Assembly (NCBI GenBank): GCA_029561455.1
Contig: JAKQIY010000006.1
Location: 142,860 to 206,859, forward strand
Origin: a bacterium
GTDB lineage: Bacteria; Zhuqueibacterota; Zhuqueibacteria; Residuimicrobiales; Krinioviventaceae
Reading direction: 5' to 3'
DNA length: 64,000 nt
This document shows positions 10,355 through 20,461 of this stretch, piece by piece; position 1 is the first letter of the stretch; every line of letters starts with the position of its first letter. The notes under the pieces were generated by a model. The model saw nothing but the letters and a program-made list of their open reading frames with translations, was not told the origin of the DNA and did not search any database. Position numbers and translations under genes: made by a program.

Positions 10355-13300
10355 TTATTTAATCAGGATCATTTTTTTCACATCGGTAAAAGACCTGGTT
10401 TTTAATTTGTAGAAATAAACGCCGCTGGAAACCTGGGCGCCGCTATCATTGCGTCCGTTCCACAGCACTTCATACCGGCCGGCGCGATGTTCGCGATTGA
10501 CCAGCGTGGCAATGCGCTCACCGAGAATACTGTATATCTCAAGGCTAACCTTGCCGTCTTCCGGTAATTCATAATGGATGGTGGTAACCGGGTTAAACGG
10601 ATTCGGGTAATTCTGCGCCAGGCTGTATTCTTTTGGCAATGCACTGCCGGTCTCATTTTCCACGCCCGTCAGCACCGTATCGGCAAAAATATACACATCG
10701 TCGATATATATACCGTCTGCTACATTGCTGTCCTCATTGCTGGCCAGCCGGAAGCGGAAGCGTACCTGTTCGCCTATTGCGCCGGTATAATCATCCAGCG
10801 ATATAATTTGTCGACTCCAGTCATACCCGGATTCGCCGCTAAAAGTCAGCATTTTTTTCCAGGTTGCCCCGTCGCCGGTGACTTCAAAAAAGACGGAATC
10901 GCCGCTGCTGAGCGAATGGATATAATAAAAAGAGACCGCAGCATTATTCTTGCCGGAAAGATCATACGAATCCAGCAGGGTCAGGGAACTCACACTGTCC
11001 GGACTATAATAGCCATCCGGGCTGTCCGTCATAGAGTTGTTTCCACTATAAGCGTAAAAATTCGGGCCCCAGCCGGCATCCAGATCCCATTTTGAATTCG
11101 CTCCTTCAAAATCGTCTACCAGCAGCGAGGTAACAATTTTAAATTCATAATTATCCGATGCCAATGAATTCGGATTTGAGGCATAGTCGAAAGCCCGGAC
11201 GGTATATTTGACCCGGTCGCCGCTGTGTAACGGGGCGTCCAAACTGATCGTGCCGCGGAATATATCGGTGCCAATATCGCGGCTCATGTCTACGGAAACC
11301 GTTTCGCCATTGTTTATTGAATAATCCAGAGTAACTTTGTCGTCGTTAATAACTATGTTATCCGTAACCTTTGCAGTTACAACAAAAGGCCCGGTCATAT
11401 TAAAGGTGTTGGGCAACTGGGTAACGTTGCTTATTTCCGGCTTGACTACATCGACGCCGGCATAAAAAGTATAAGCAGCAAAAGGCGCTTCGTACGGTAA
11501 TTTTGCCAGACGATTGTTCTGATCGTAGGCCATAAAATAATAATGAATTGCCGTTTCAGATTGCGCCGGTATTTCAGCCTGGAACATATCGCCGACCAAC
11601 GGCGTCATTTCCGATGAATACAATCGCTCTTCATTGCCAATTTGCCAATACAACATGACGGAATCCGGGTTGACCGGGGCGCTCTCGGCAATAACTTCCG
11701 CAACTACCTGGTAAGGAGTTGCAGTGTTTTCAGTATCTCTGAGCGGAGTATGTAAAATTCGAATTCCGGCCGGGGCCATGGCAAAGTATTTGTTGCCGGC
11801 AGCCTGCACATTATTACGTAAATCGTTCAGGTTGTCGCCGCCCAGCACCGCAAAGGTCACTGTTTCATTGCCGCCCGGCGCTATTGAAAACGGCCCGGCG
11901 GAAAGCACATGCGACCAGTCGTCATTTTGAGTGCTGGCGGTTGCTACAAATCCTTCACTCATAAAATCATATTTCAGGTCATCGGTGAGGGCATTATTAT
12001 AAACATACAGGTTATGATCGATAGCCCGGTACGACACCGGCTGCGGATACAACATGGATATACCATAATAAGCAGCGCCGGATGAACTCATATAACCCAG
12101 TTTTTTACCCGTATCCCAGCCGGCAAAATCGACATTATCATCGCCGTTTGAAACATCCCAATCCATATATAGACCAACATAAATATTATTCAACATCTGA
12201 CCGGTAGTATTTTTGACCTGAAATTCCAGGATAACATAATCATCATCAGGAGAACCGGACCAGGCATAACTGTTTTGGGTCACTTCCACACCCAACGGAT
12301 TTTGGGCGCGGGAATCGTTAAATATTGCTTTCCCATCCTGATCGGAAATGATTTTACCGCCAATATTGATATTACCGCCCTCGCTGGTTACCCAGTCATA
12401 ATTATCATACGCAGCATTCCCATACGAACAGTCGGATACCTGGTTCGGCCCGGATGCGACCCACAACGAACCCAGGAACAAGGCGCTGTAATTTTCTTTG
12501 GGATACCGGAACCCTGTACCGATTGAACCATCCGATTCCGCATAATCATTATAACCATAAGCGCCAAAGCTGGTGATGGTAAAGTCCACATTATTGATGT
12601 CGTGATTCATATATAAAGGCTGGATCAACATTTTAAAAAAGCGGGTGCTTGCATAACCGTTATTATCGGCTATTACCAGCTTGATCAGCGCTTCATAGCC
12701 TATCGGCGTGCTCGCATCGACAGTCAACACAATTGGCGAGGCGCTGTTATCAACCGCCTGACCTTGCAGCAAGGCCGGGAAAACCGCTGCATTGCTGGTA
12801 AAAGTAATTTTAGGATCGGATGAACTGGCCGTAACGGTAACGTTGTCCATATCTTCGGCAATACTGTTCAAAGTAATGATCAGTTGCACAGTCTCGCCGT
12901 TATCCACCACGCCGTTGCCGTTGCCGGTTACAGCATCATTGATCTCATAATCAACAAACTGGACGGGATTTTCCGTCAGGGCGCGGTAAGCGTTAACCCG
13001 GCCCGATCCAAGCCAACCGGCATAAGTGGGGTTTTTTTCATCGATATTATCCGTCGTTTCAACAATCTGGGTAACAATCCGTTCATTGCTCCAGCCGGGA
13101 TGCAACGCTTTGACCAGGCCGGCCAGTCCTGCTACAATAGGGGTAGACATCGAGGTGCCGCTCATGTACCCATAGGCGCTATTGGGCAAAGTGCTGTAAA
13201 TTTGCGTGCCCGGCGCGCACACATCAACACTGGTATGATAATTTGAAAACGATGCCTTTTTGTCCACATCATGGATGGTTGCGGCAACACATAGTACATT

Positions 13301-14440
13301 TTCATAAGAACCAGGATAGTGTGGTCCATAAGCGCCGGGATCGGAATTACCTGAACCGGATACTAGAACAACGCCATTCTCCCAGGCGTAATTAATAATA
13401 TCCTGGGCATAACTGCTATAGCGGCTGCCGCCCCAGCTCATACTGATTATATTTGCCCCGTTATCTGTGGCATACACAACCCCATTATACCCATCAATAA
13501 CATAACCGTTTCCATCCCGGCCCTGGTAACCGCAGCGTACCGGTAAAATGGAACAACTCCAACCCATACCGGCGACGCCGGTAGCATTATCGGTAACCGC
13601 CGAAGCCAGCCCGGCGCAATGGGTGCCATGCCCGTTAAAATCATTCGGATCATTATCCGGGTTGGCGCCGTCTTCACCAGGCGCAGGACGGGTATCGTCG
13701 CTGCTGTATTCATAACTATCAACAAAATCCCAGCCCCGGAAATCATCAATATAACCGTTGCCGTCGTCATCGATATTGTTTACATCAGCTGTTGTAAACT
13801 TGCCGTCATGGTTGGTATCTTCACCCAGGTTTTCCTTAATATGCGCTGCAAGGTCATCGTGATCCCAGTCCACTCCGGTATCGATTATAGAAATAATAAC
13901 ATTCGCACTGCCCTTGCTGATATCCCAGGCTTCTGCGGTTTTCATTATATTCCAGTGGGTTTGTTTATTTAATGATGGGTCATTGGGAGTGGCATTGATT
14001 TTAGAGATATAAACCGGTTCCGCATACTCTACTGCGGGGTCGGCGCCAAAAGCATTGACCACGGCCATAACATCCTCGGCGGTAGAAAATTGCAGCTTGA
14101 AAATCCGCGCCAAATTTGCGCTGCCCGGGTTCACCCTGTCAATATGTTTCGGAAAGACCGGTGAGACGCGGGTTACCTGCCATTGCTGTATTTTATTATC
14201 AATAGATTTAATACCGGTTTGGTTTGCTTGCGCTTGCCGGTAGACCTCACGACTTGAGATATTGTCTTTAAATTTGACAATCACCTGGCCTTGAAGATAA
14301 AGAACGTCGTCAGTATTTGTTTCGATGACAGGCGCAACCGGGGTGTTACCGGTTTTTACGGTATTGGCGCCCATAACCGGCCCCGTCAGGGTTATAACTA
14401 CAAACAATAATGAAAAAAGCATTAACCAATTTCTGTTCAT
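10355..14440 (-). CDS. Large S8 family serine peptidase (1361 aa) with a T9SS C-terminal sorting domain.
   Basis: The Asp/His/Ser motifs are IIDTGVDWDHDDL, NGHGTHCAGLASAVT and GTSMSTPIVAGLAGLV. A propeptide-like N-terminus (VIVKFKDN...) and a signal peptide are present. The CTD reads NYPNPFNPVTTIHYELPEDGKVSLEIYSILGERIATLV...GVYFYKL...KKMILIK. Confidence 0.85.
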   Translation of the reverse strand: MNRNWLMLFSLLFVVITLTGPVMGANTVKTGNTPVAPVIETNTDDVLYLQGQVIVKFKDNISSREVYRQAQANQTGIKSIDNKIQQWQVTRVSPVFPKHIDRVNPGSANLARIFKLQFSTAEDVMAVVNAFGADPAVEYAEPVYISKINATPNDPSLNKQTHWNIMKTAEAWDISKGSANVIISIIDTGVDWDHDDLAAHIKENLGEDTNHDGKFTTADVNNIDDDGNGYIDDFRGWDFVDSYEYSSDDTRPAPGEDGANPDNDPNDFNGHGTHCAGLASAVTDNATGVAGMGWSCSILPVRCGYQGRDGNGYVIDGYNGVVYATDNGANIISMSWGGSRYSSYAQDIINYAWENGVVLVSGSGNSDPGAYGPHYPGSYENVLCVAATIHDVDKKASFSNYHTSVDVCAPGTQIYSTLPNSAYGYMSGTSMSTPIVAGLAGLVKALHPGWSNERIVTQIVETTDNIDEKNPTYAGWLGSGRVNAYRALTENPVQFVDYEINDAVTGNGNGVVDNGETVQLIITLNSIAEDMDNVTVTASSSDPKITFTSNAAVFPALLQGQAVDNSASPIVLTVDASTPIGYEALIKLVIADNNGYASTRFFKMLIQPLYMNHDINNVDFTITSFGAYGYNDYAESDGSIGTGFRYPKENYSALFLGSLWVASGPNQVSDCSYGNAAYDNYDWVTSEGGNINIGGKIISDQDGKAIFNDSRAQNPLGVEVTQNSYAWSGSPDDDYVILEFQVKNTTGQMLNNIYVGLYMDWDVSNGDDNVDFAGWDTGKKLGYMSSSGAAYYGISMLYPQPVSYRAIDHNLYVYNNALTDDLKYDFMSEGFVATASTQNDDWSHVLSAGPFSIAPGGNETVTFAVLGGDNLNDLRNNVQAAGNKYFAMAPAGIRILHTPLRDTENTATPYQVVAEVIAESAPVNPDSVMLYWQIGNEERLYSSEMTPLVGDMFQAEIPAQSETAIHYYFMAYDQNNRLAKLPYEAPFAAYTFYAGVDVVKPEISNVTQLPNTFNMTGPFVVTAKVTDNIVINDDKVTLDYSINNGETVSVDMSRDIGTDIFRGTISLDAPLHSGDRVKYTVRAFDYASNPNSLASDNYEFKIVTSLLVDDFEGANSKWDLDAGWGPNFYAYSGNNSMTDSPDGYYSPDSVSSLTLLDSYDLSGKNNAAVSFYYIHSLSSGDSVFFEVTGDGATWKKMLTFSGESGYDWSRQIISLDDYTGAIGEQVRFRFRLASNEDSNVADGIYIDDVYIFADTVLTGVENETGSALPKEYSLAQNYPNPFNPVTTIHYELPEDGKVSLEIYSILGERIATLVNREHRAGRYEVLWNGRNDSGAQVSSGVYFYKLKTRSFTDVKKMILIK

Positions 14441-14496
14441 ATCATTTCTCCCGCACTTGATTGTTATTTTGTTGTCTGTCAGTTATACAGAATCTT

Positions 14497-17331
14497 TTAC
14501 CGGACTAGCAACATTTTGTGTATTTGACCGAAATCGCCGGCCTGTAAACGATAAAAATAAATTCCTGAAGCTACATTATTACCCATACTATCGCGGCCTT
14601 GCCAAACTACCTGGTGGTTACCGGCCTTGATCTCGTTATCAAACAGCGTAACCAGTTCGCGCCCCATAATATCGTACACTTTAACTGTGGCATGGGTTGC
14701 TTTGGGTACGTAAAAATCAATACTGGTCTGTGGATTAAAAGGATTCGGATAATTCTGATATAATACATATTGACCGGCAACCGGGAGGTTTTCATCCCGA
14801 ATTCCGGACACCGGGTTTTCTGTCCCTTGCAGCCAGTTTATAACATTACCCATCATTTGCTTGCGGGTAATATTCTTGGTGCCAAATTCATTGACGCCTT
14901 CAAAACTAAAGGCAAAATAGACCAGCCGGTAATCATCTCCACGGTATTTGATAGCAGCGGCTTTATCCATCAGACCGGTGCCAAAGTAGTTTAATAGCGG
15001 ACTGGCCAGGGTGTCCGGCGCCACTATGCTGGCTGAGGTGTTGTTGTTGGCGCCGTTGCCTTCGGTTATAAAAAAGTAGGGCCGGAAGGTTTTGCTGATC
15101 GGGTCGCCGTCAATACCGGCAACCATGACGATCGGACTGCTGGTGGCGGTATCTTCAATGTGCCGCGCATGCAGAATATTTTCGTAAAACAGCCGGCTGG
15201 CGGCATTGCCGGAGCCGATCAGATCATCGCCAATGTTTTGCCCGGTCAGGAACAGTTCGCCGCCGCTCTGCAGAAAGGTTTGAATGGTATTTTGTTCGGC
15301 GGCAGATAATGTGTTTGCCTGGGAACCGGTGAACCATACCACCGTGCCATACTTGTTTAACTGGTCGATATCCGGCGAACCTTTTTGCGCAACCCGCCAG
15401 GTATCATAATAGGTAATATTCAACTCGTCCAGGGCAGATTGATAAAAAGTAATAACCGGAATATTGTTTTCATCTGTCTCATTCCAACTGTCGTCAACCA
15501 CCAGAATATATATATTTTCCATCATAATTATAACATTCAAAGTAGTTATTACCCCCAGCTCGTCTTCCAGACGTAACCGGCAGTTAACAGGATGATAATG
15601 CGCATCCGGCAAAGCTTCAATACCAAAACCATCTGCGCCCGTGGTTGTTTCAGCATCTTCAGCCATGAAGGAATAGATTGCTGTGGAATCGGTAATTGCG
15701 ATAGTCGGATCGTCAGTACTCAACACCGCTGTTACTGTATGCAAATCAGCGCCAAAGTTATTTACTGTAATTGCAATCTGTCCGTATTCTCCGGGGTCGA
15801 GATAGCCGTTGCCATTGCCGCCGCCATCATTCAGGGTATATTCCACATAACCAATGTCACGGGCGTTACTATACAAGTCCGCATACATGGAATCTGCCGA
15901 ATCGCTGATATTATTAACGGCAATTTTGGTAACCCGATCCTGGTAATCCAGACTGTTGGGATTGGTAATACGGTTAAAAAAGCGATTCACTGTGCTGCCC
16001 GGGAATGGATCTTTATCGTCGCCGCCATTACGGCCATAATCAAGATCACGCCGGCCGTCAGCTTCCTCAAGGTCAACAAGTTTGTGATTCTCATCGTCAT
16101 TTTGATTATAACCAACTGTATTATCCACGTGCCAAATCAACAAACCGGAACCCTCAATGGTTTGATCAAAACCCTTTTGACGACGGTTTTCAACCAGGAA
16201 ATACTGCTTGCCGATATCCGCACTTAAACCCAGGTTACCTCCGGAATTATACTGGTAAGGTTCAATATTACCATTCGTCCACAATTTATAAACTACCGGG
16301 GTGTCTTCCACTGCCGGGAAAAAAGCATCAAGAGTATTTTGCTGCACGACTATGGGATCAAGCCAGCCCAACACTTCCTTGCACCAGGCGCTCATATGGC
16401 TGGGATATTGGGCGGAATTGCCGTCGCCGCCCCATGAGCCACCGGCCATCAGGCACCAGTTACCAACCCCTTCCGAAGTTTCGCCATCTTCTTCATCATC
16501 GCGGTCATACAAATCCGGCAGGCCAAGCGAGTGCCCGAACTCGTGACAAAAAACCCCAATCTCGACCATTTTGCCTTTTTCTATTGCCGGTTGAATGGTA
16601 TACTCGTCGATCTTGATAAAACCGCCATTCACAGATACATCTTGAGTGGAATAAGCCTGGCCAAAATAGGCGCTATATACAAAAGAATGCGACCAGATGC
16701 CCCTGCCGCCCTCTTCCGCGCCGCCGCCGGAATGAACGATAATCATCACATCCACATAACCGTCATCATCGCCGGAATTGGGTATTCCGTCCGGGCCATC
16801 GTCATCATACTGCCCATAATCGACCGAGTCGTCCGATATTTGAAACAATTCACGCAGCAGTAAACCGGTATGCCCGCTGTCGTCATAATAATACTCGCTG
16901 TTGCCCGACACCTGGAACCAGCCATGCACCTGGCCGGTCAGATCAAACTGACCATAAGACACCTCGTGGTAATAATCACGCATGGAGCCGGTCTTCCAGT
17001 TACCAAACAGTTTACTCTGTAATGTCTCTGTCTTCCATTCCTGTTCAACATCCGAATACTGTACGCACAGAACCGGTAGGTGAGCGTGCACAAAAGGTGG
17101 TTCATAAGGGGCAGCCGCTTTTTTGCTTGACTGTACGGCTCGTTTTTGTTCCCTGAACTGGATAATTTTACTCTTTAATCCCTTTTCCGGCATATAAAAA
17201 GCGGGATTGCTTTTAATATTTCGCAACATATACGACGGAATTTTCACATCTTGTGTGCGCGGCGGCACAATAGCCAAGCTGGCTGCCGCGCTGCACAACA
17301 ACAAAATCCATACACTTGCAAATTTTTTCAT
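14497..17331 (-). CDS. M6 family (immune inhibitor A-like) zinc metallopeptidase with a T9SS C-terminal sorting domain.
   Basis: The zinc motif HEFGHSLGLPDLYD (HExxH followed by a D-rich block, as in InhA/M6) is present, with a signal peptide. The CTD reads NYPNPFNPQTSIDFYVP...VKVYDIMGRELVTLFD...GIYFYRL...HKMLLVR. Confidence 0.7.
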   Translation of the reverse strand: MKKFASVWILLLCSAAASLAIVPPRTQDVKIPSYMLRNIKSNPAFYMPEKGLKSKIIQFREQKRAVQSSKKAAAPYEPPFVHAHLPVLCVQYSDVEQEWKTETLQSKLFGNWKTGSMRDYYHEVSYGQFDLTGQVHGWFQVSGNSEYYYDDSGHTGLLLRELFQISDDSVDYGQYDDDGPDGIPNSGDDDGYVDVMIIVHSGGGAEEGGRGIWSHSFVYSAYFGQAYSTQDVSVNGGFIKIDEYTIQPAIEKGKMVEIGVFCHEFGHSLGLPDLYDRDDEEDGETSEGVGNWCLMAGGSWGGDGNSAQYPSHMSAWCKEVLGWLDPIVVQQNTLDAFFPAVEDTPVVYKLWTNGNIEPYQYNSGGNLGLSADIGKQYFLVENRRQKGFDQTIEGSGLLIWHVDNTVGYNQNDDENHKLVDLEEADGRRDLDYGRNGGDDKDPFPGSTVNRFFNRITNPNSLDYQDRVTKIAVNNISDSADSMYADLYSNARDIGYVEYTLNDGGGNGNGYLDPGEYGQIAITVNNFGADLHTVTAVLSTDDPTIAITDSTAIYSFMAEDAETTTGADGFGIEALPDAHYHPVNCRLRLEDELGVITTLNVIIMMENIYILVVDDSWNETDENNIPVITFYQSALDELNITYYDTWRVAQKGSPDIDQLNKYGTVVWFTGSQANTLSAAEQNTIQTFLQSGGELFLTGQNIGDDLIGSGNAASRLFYENILHARHIEDTATSSPIVMVAGIDGDPISKTFRPYFFITEGNGANNNTSASIVAPDTLASPLLNYFGTGLMDKAAAIKYRGDDYRLVYFAFSFEGVNEFGTKNITRKQMMGNVINWLQGTENPVSGIRDENLPVAGQYVLYQNYPNPFNPQTSIDFYVPKATHATVKVYDIMGRELVTLFDNEIKAGNHQVVWQGRDSMGNNVASGIYFYRLQAGDFGQIHKMLLVR

Positions 17332-17441
17332 GTTATTTCCTGATATATATTAACTCTTCCGGCAATTTATTAATTACAGGGCCGGAAATTTTTTCTCCGC
17401 AGCTGCCTGAATGGACACCCGTGATTTATAAATATAATAAA

Positions 17442-20261
17442 TTATCGCAACAAAATCATCTTTTTTGTTTCACACCGGTTACCCACAGTTAATGTATAAA
17501 AATATATACCGCTTGTGGCCGGCACACCGGTTTCCGCCAGACCGTTCCAGGTGAGGCAATAAGAACCTGCCGGCTGACGCTCTTCATGCAGGGTAGCTAT
17601 TTTTTGTCCGCATACATTATATATGTACAGACTGGCCACGCCCGCTGCCGGCAAAGTATATGTAATTGTGGTTGTTGAATTGAACGGATTAGGGAAATTC
17701 ACGGCCAATTCAAACATATCCGGTATGTTTCCGGTCAGGGCATTAGTTTCTTCAACAGCGGTCTTTACGCTGCCCTGCAGCCATTCCAAAGTTTTTTCCA
17801 GCAGCTTGCGCCTGACATCATAACCGGAGTGTTTATTGTTAACCGCTTCCAGGCTGAATGCATAATAAACCAGTTTATACTTGCCGTTGTACCGGGTTGC
17901 TGCACATTGGCCGGGTATTTCCAGGTCGGTATAGGTTAAAAACGGTTCCGCCAGGGAATCGGGCGCTACCGCGCCGGGAGAAACCTGGTTGCCGGCGCCA
18001 TCGCCCCCGGCGGCATAAAAATATGGGCGAAATTCATCGGAAATAGGATCGCCTGCCAGTCCGGAAATCCTCAAGACCCCGGTAACCGGTACATTATCGG
18101 TCAATAAGCGGGCGTGCATCCAGTCTCTCAAAAAACTGCGCTGCACGTCATCGCCGTTTGCCATTTGTTTGCCGATATTCTGCCCGCATAACAACAGCTT
18201 CCAACCGCTGTACATCAAATACCGGAAATTTGCCATTTCATTAGGAGTAAAGGTCGCTTTCTGAGAACCGGTGAACCAGATAATCACGCCATAAGGGATC
18301 ATGTCATAGCGGGTGGGATTCTGTTTGTCCTTAACGCTCCACACATCATATTCAACATAATCTATGCCGTTCAGCGCATCCCGGTAATAATTCACTATCC
18401 GCTTTCCGTTTTTATCCGTCTCGTCCTGGCTGTCGTCTACCAATAATATCCGGTTGTTTTCCATATAGATGATCACATCACGGGTTATGGTATAGCCATT
18501 ATCGGCAGCCAGATGTAATTTACACAACAGCGGATGCCGGATTGTTCCCGCGGCCAAGGTTATTACAAAAGGATCGGCAACATTGGCCTGTATTTCATCT
18601 TCGCCAATACCTTTATACACAGCCTGCGCATCGGCTATATGCAGGGCAGGGTCGTCACTGCTCAATTGCGCATTTAAAGCATTGATATATCCACCATAAT
18701 TTTTTAACCTGATATACAGGTTGATTGTTTCACCAGGGTTGAGGTATTTACGCAGGGTATCCTGGTTCAGGTAATACCCGTCGCAGGCAATATCATCGGC
18801 AAACGCCTGGATATTGGCAATCATCGCAGATCCGTCACGATGAATATTTTCAACCGCTATTTTACTCGGCTTGCCGTCATAACCAAGCGAATTAGGTAGA
18901 CTGGTTCGGTTAAAATTACGGTTATTGGCGGCGCCGGGAAAGATATCACCCGCATTGCCCCGATTAAGGGCGCAATCCAGGTCGTCCTGCCCGTCCGCTT
19001 CTTCCAAATCTAAAAATTTGTGATTCTCAAAATCATTGCCAAGCAAATAGGACAGGCTATTATCAACATGCCACAATAAAAAACCTTCGCCCGGTAAATT
19101 GCTATCAAAACCGTGCTTTTGCCGGTTTTCCAGCAAAAAATATTCCCGACCCAGTTGTTCAACAAGCCCAAGATCGTTTTGATATATAAAAGGTGCAATT
19201 TGGCCTTTTGTCCATAATTTGTAAACTACCGGTTCGGTTTCACACGCCGGCACAGGCATATCGTCCAGGTTTTCGGTTAAAATCAGCGGCGTTACCCATC
19301 CCAGGGCTTGCTTACACCAGGCGCTAAAATGAACCGGCGTCTGCGGTGATTTGCCATTCCCGCCCCATGAGCCGTACCCCATTACACACCAGATTCCCAC
19401 TCCTGCTGAACTGTAATCGCGGTCATATAAATCCGGCAGACCCAAAGCATGACCAAATTCGTGACAAAAAACCCCGATGGAAACCATATCGTTCTGCTGC
19501 ATGGCCGGAACGATCATATAATCATCAATTAATATAGTTTCCCCACTAGCCCGGCTATCATTGGTCGTAAAACAATCACCGTTAAGTTTACTATATTGAG
19601 AAAAATGCGACCATATTTCCGGACCCCCGGCTTCTTCGGCGCCAACCCCGGAATGGACCAGGATAACGACGTCGACATAGCCGTCATCATCCCCGGAATT
19701 GGGAATACCGTCGCTGCCATCGTTATCATAAAGACTGAAATCAATACCGGTATCAAAAAAGGTCAATGCTTCTTTTAACAGCTCGCCTGCATTCCCCCGC
19801 TCGCGTTCATAATAAACGCTGTTGCCGGTTGCCTGGTACCAACCATACACATCACCATCCGGAATAAACCGGCTATATGATACTTCCCGGTAATAATCCT
19901 GCATGGAGCCGGTCGGCCAGGCGCCAAACAACATTTGCTGCAAATCGGCAATAGGCCATTCTTCCCTTTTTACATCCGCAAAGCGGACGCACAATACCGG
20001 CAGATCAACCGTTACGGGCGCCTGACGGTAGTCGGGGCTGGAGCCCCCGGCAAGTGTTTGGCTGCGATACATGCGCATGGTCTGCTGAAAACCGCGTTTT
20101 GCCCGGTAATAAACAGGGTCACGGGTAATGTTTTGCAGCATATCGGCTGGAATCCGAACTGTAGCTTCACGCGGAGGCGCAATTGCATAGACAAACGCTG
20201 GTAGTAAAATAATAACCAGAAATATTTTTTTCATCGTTTTATCAAGTGAACAAACCGGCAT
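17442..20261 (-). CDS. M6 family zinc metallopeptidase, a tandem paralog of the preceding gene, with a T9SS CTD.
   Basis: HEFGHALGLPDLYD is present, and the protein is collinear with 14497-17331 over its whole length, including the same GIPNSGDDDGYVDV block. The CTD reads NFPNPFNSTTTITYTLP...LYIYNVCGQKIATL...GIYFYTL...KKMILLR. An alternative start at MKKIFL (ATG 20234) would give a cleaner signal peptide. Confidence 0.7.
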   Translation of the reverse strand: MPVCSLDKTMKKIFLVIILLPAFVYAIAPPREATVRIPADMLQNITRDPVYYRAKRGFQQTMRMYRSQTLAGGSSPDYRQAPVTVDLPVLCVRFADVKREEWPIADLQQMLFGAWPTGSMQDYYREVSYSRFIPDGDVYGWYQATGNSVYYERERGNAGELLKEALTFFDTGIDFSLYDNDGSDGIPNSGDDDGYVDVVILVHSGVGAEEAGGPEIWSHFSQYSKLNGDCFTTNDSRASGETILIDDYMIVPAMQQNDMVSIGVFCHEFGHALGLPDLYDRDYSSAGVGIWCVMGYGSWGGNGKSPQTPVHFSAWCKQALGWVTPLILTENLDDMPVPACETEPVVYKLWTKGQIAPFIYQNDLGLVEQLGREYFLLENRQKHGFDSNLPGEGFLLWHVDNSLSYLLGNDFENHKFLDLEEADGQDDLDCALNRGNAGDIFPGAANNRNFNRTSLPNSLGYDGKPSKIAVENIHRDGSAMIANIQAFADDIACDGYYLNQDTLRKYLNPGETINLYIRLKNYGGYINALNAQLSSDDPALHIADAQAVYKGIGEDEIQANVADPFVITLAAGTIRHPLLCKLHLAADNGYTITRDVIIYMENNRILLVDDSQDETDKNGKRIVNYYRDALNGIDYVEYDVWSVKDKQNPTRYDMIPYGVIIWFTGSQKATFTPNEMANFRYLMYSGWKLLLCGQNIGKQMANGDDVQRSFLRDWMHARLLTDNVPVTGVLRISGLAGDPISDEFRPYFYAAGGDGAGNQVSPGAVAPDSLAEPFLTYTDLEIPGQCAATRYNGKYKLVYYAFSLEAVNNKHSGYDVRRKLLEKTLEWLQGSVKTAVEETNALTGNIPDMFELAVNFPNPFNSTTTITYTLPAAGVASLYIYNVCGQKIATLHEERQPAGSYCLTWNGLAETGVPATSGIYFYTLTVGNRCETKKMILLR

Positions 20262-20461
20262 CTTGATATAATTAGCCTGATATTGGCTTTCCTGAAAATA
20301 TGTTGTATCAATAAATTAAAAATTTTTTAATTTTGCTATTGCATTTATCAATCTTTTTTTTTATACTTCAACTAGTATAAAATACTATCCGGATTTAAAT
20401 TTTTACCTTACCAAGTTTACAAATAAAATTACTCATTTACCATAAAAAAAACGGATGAATT

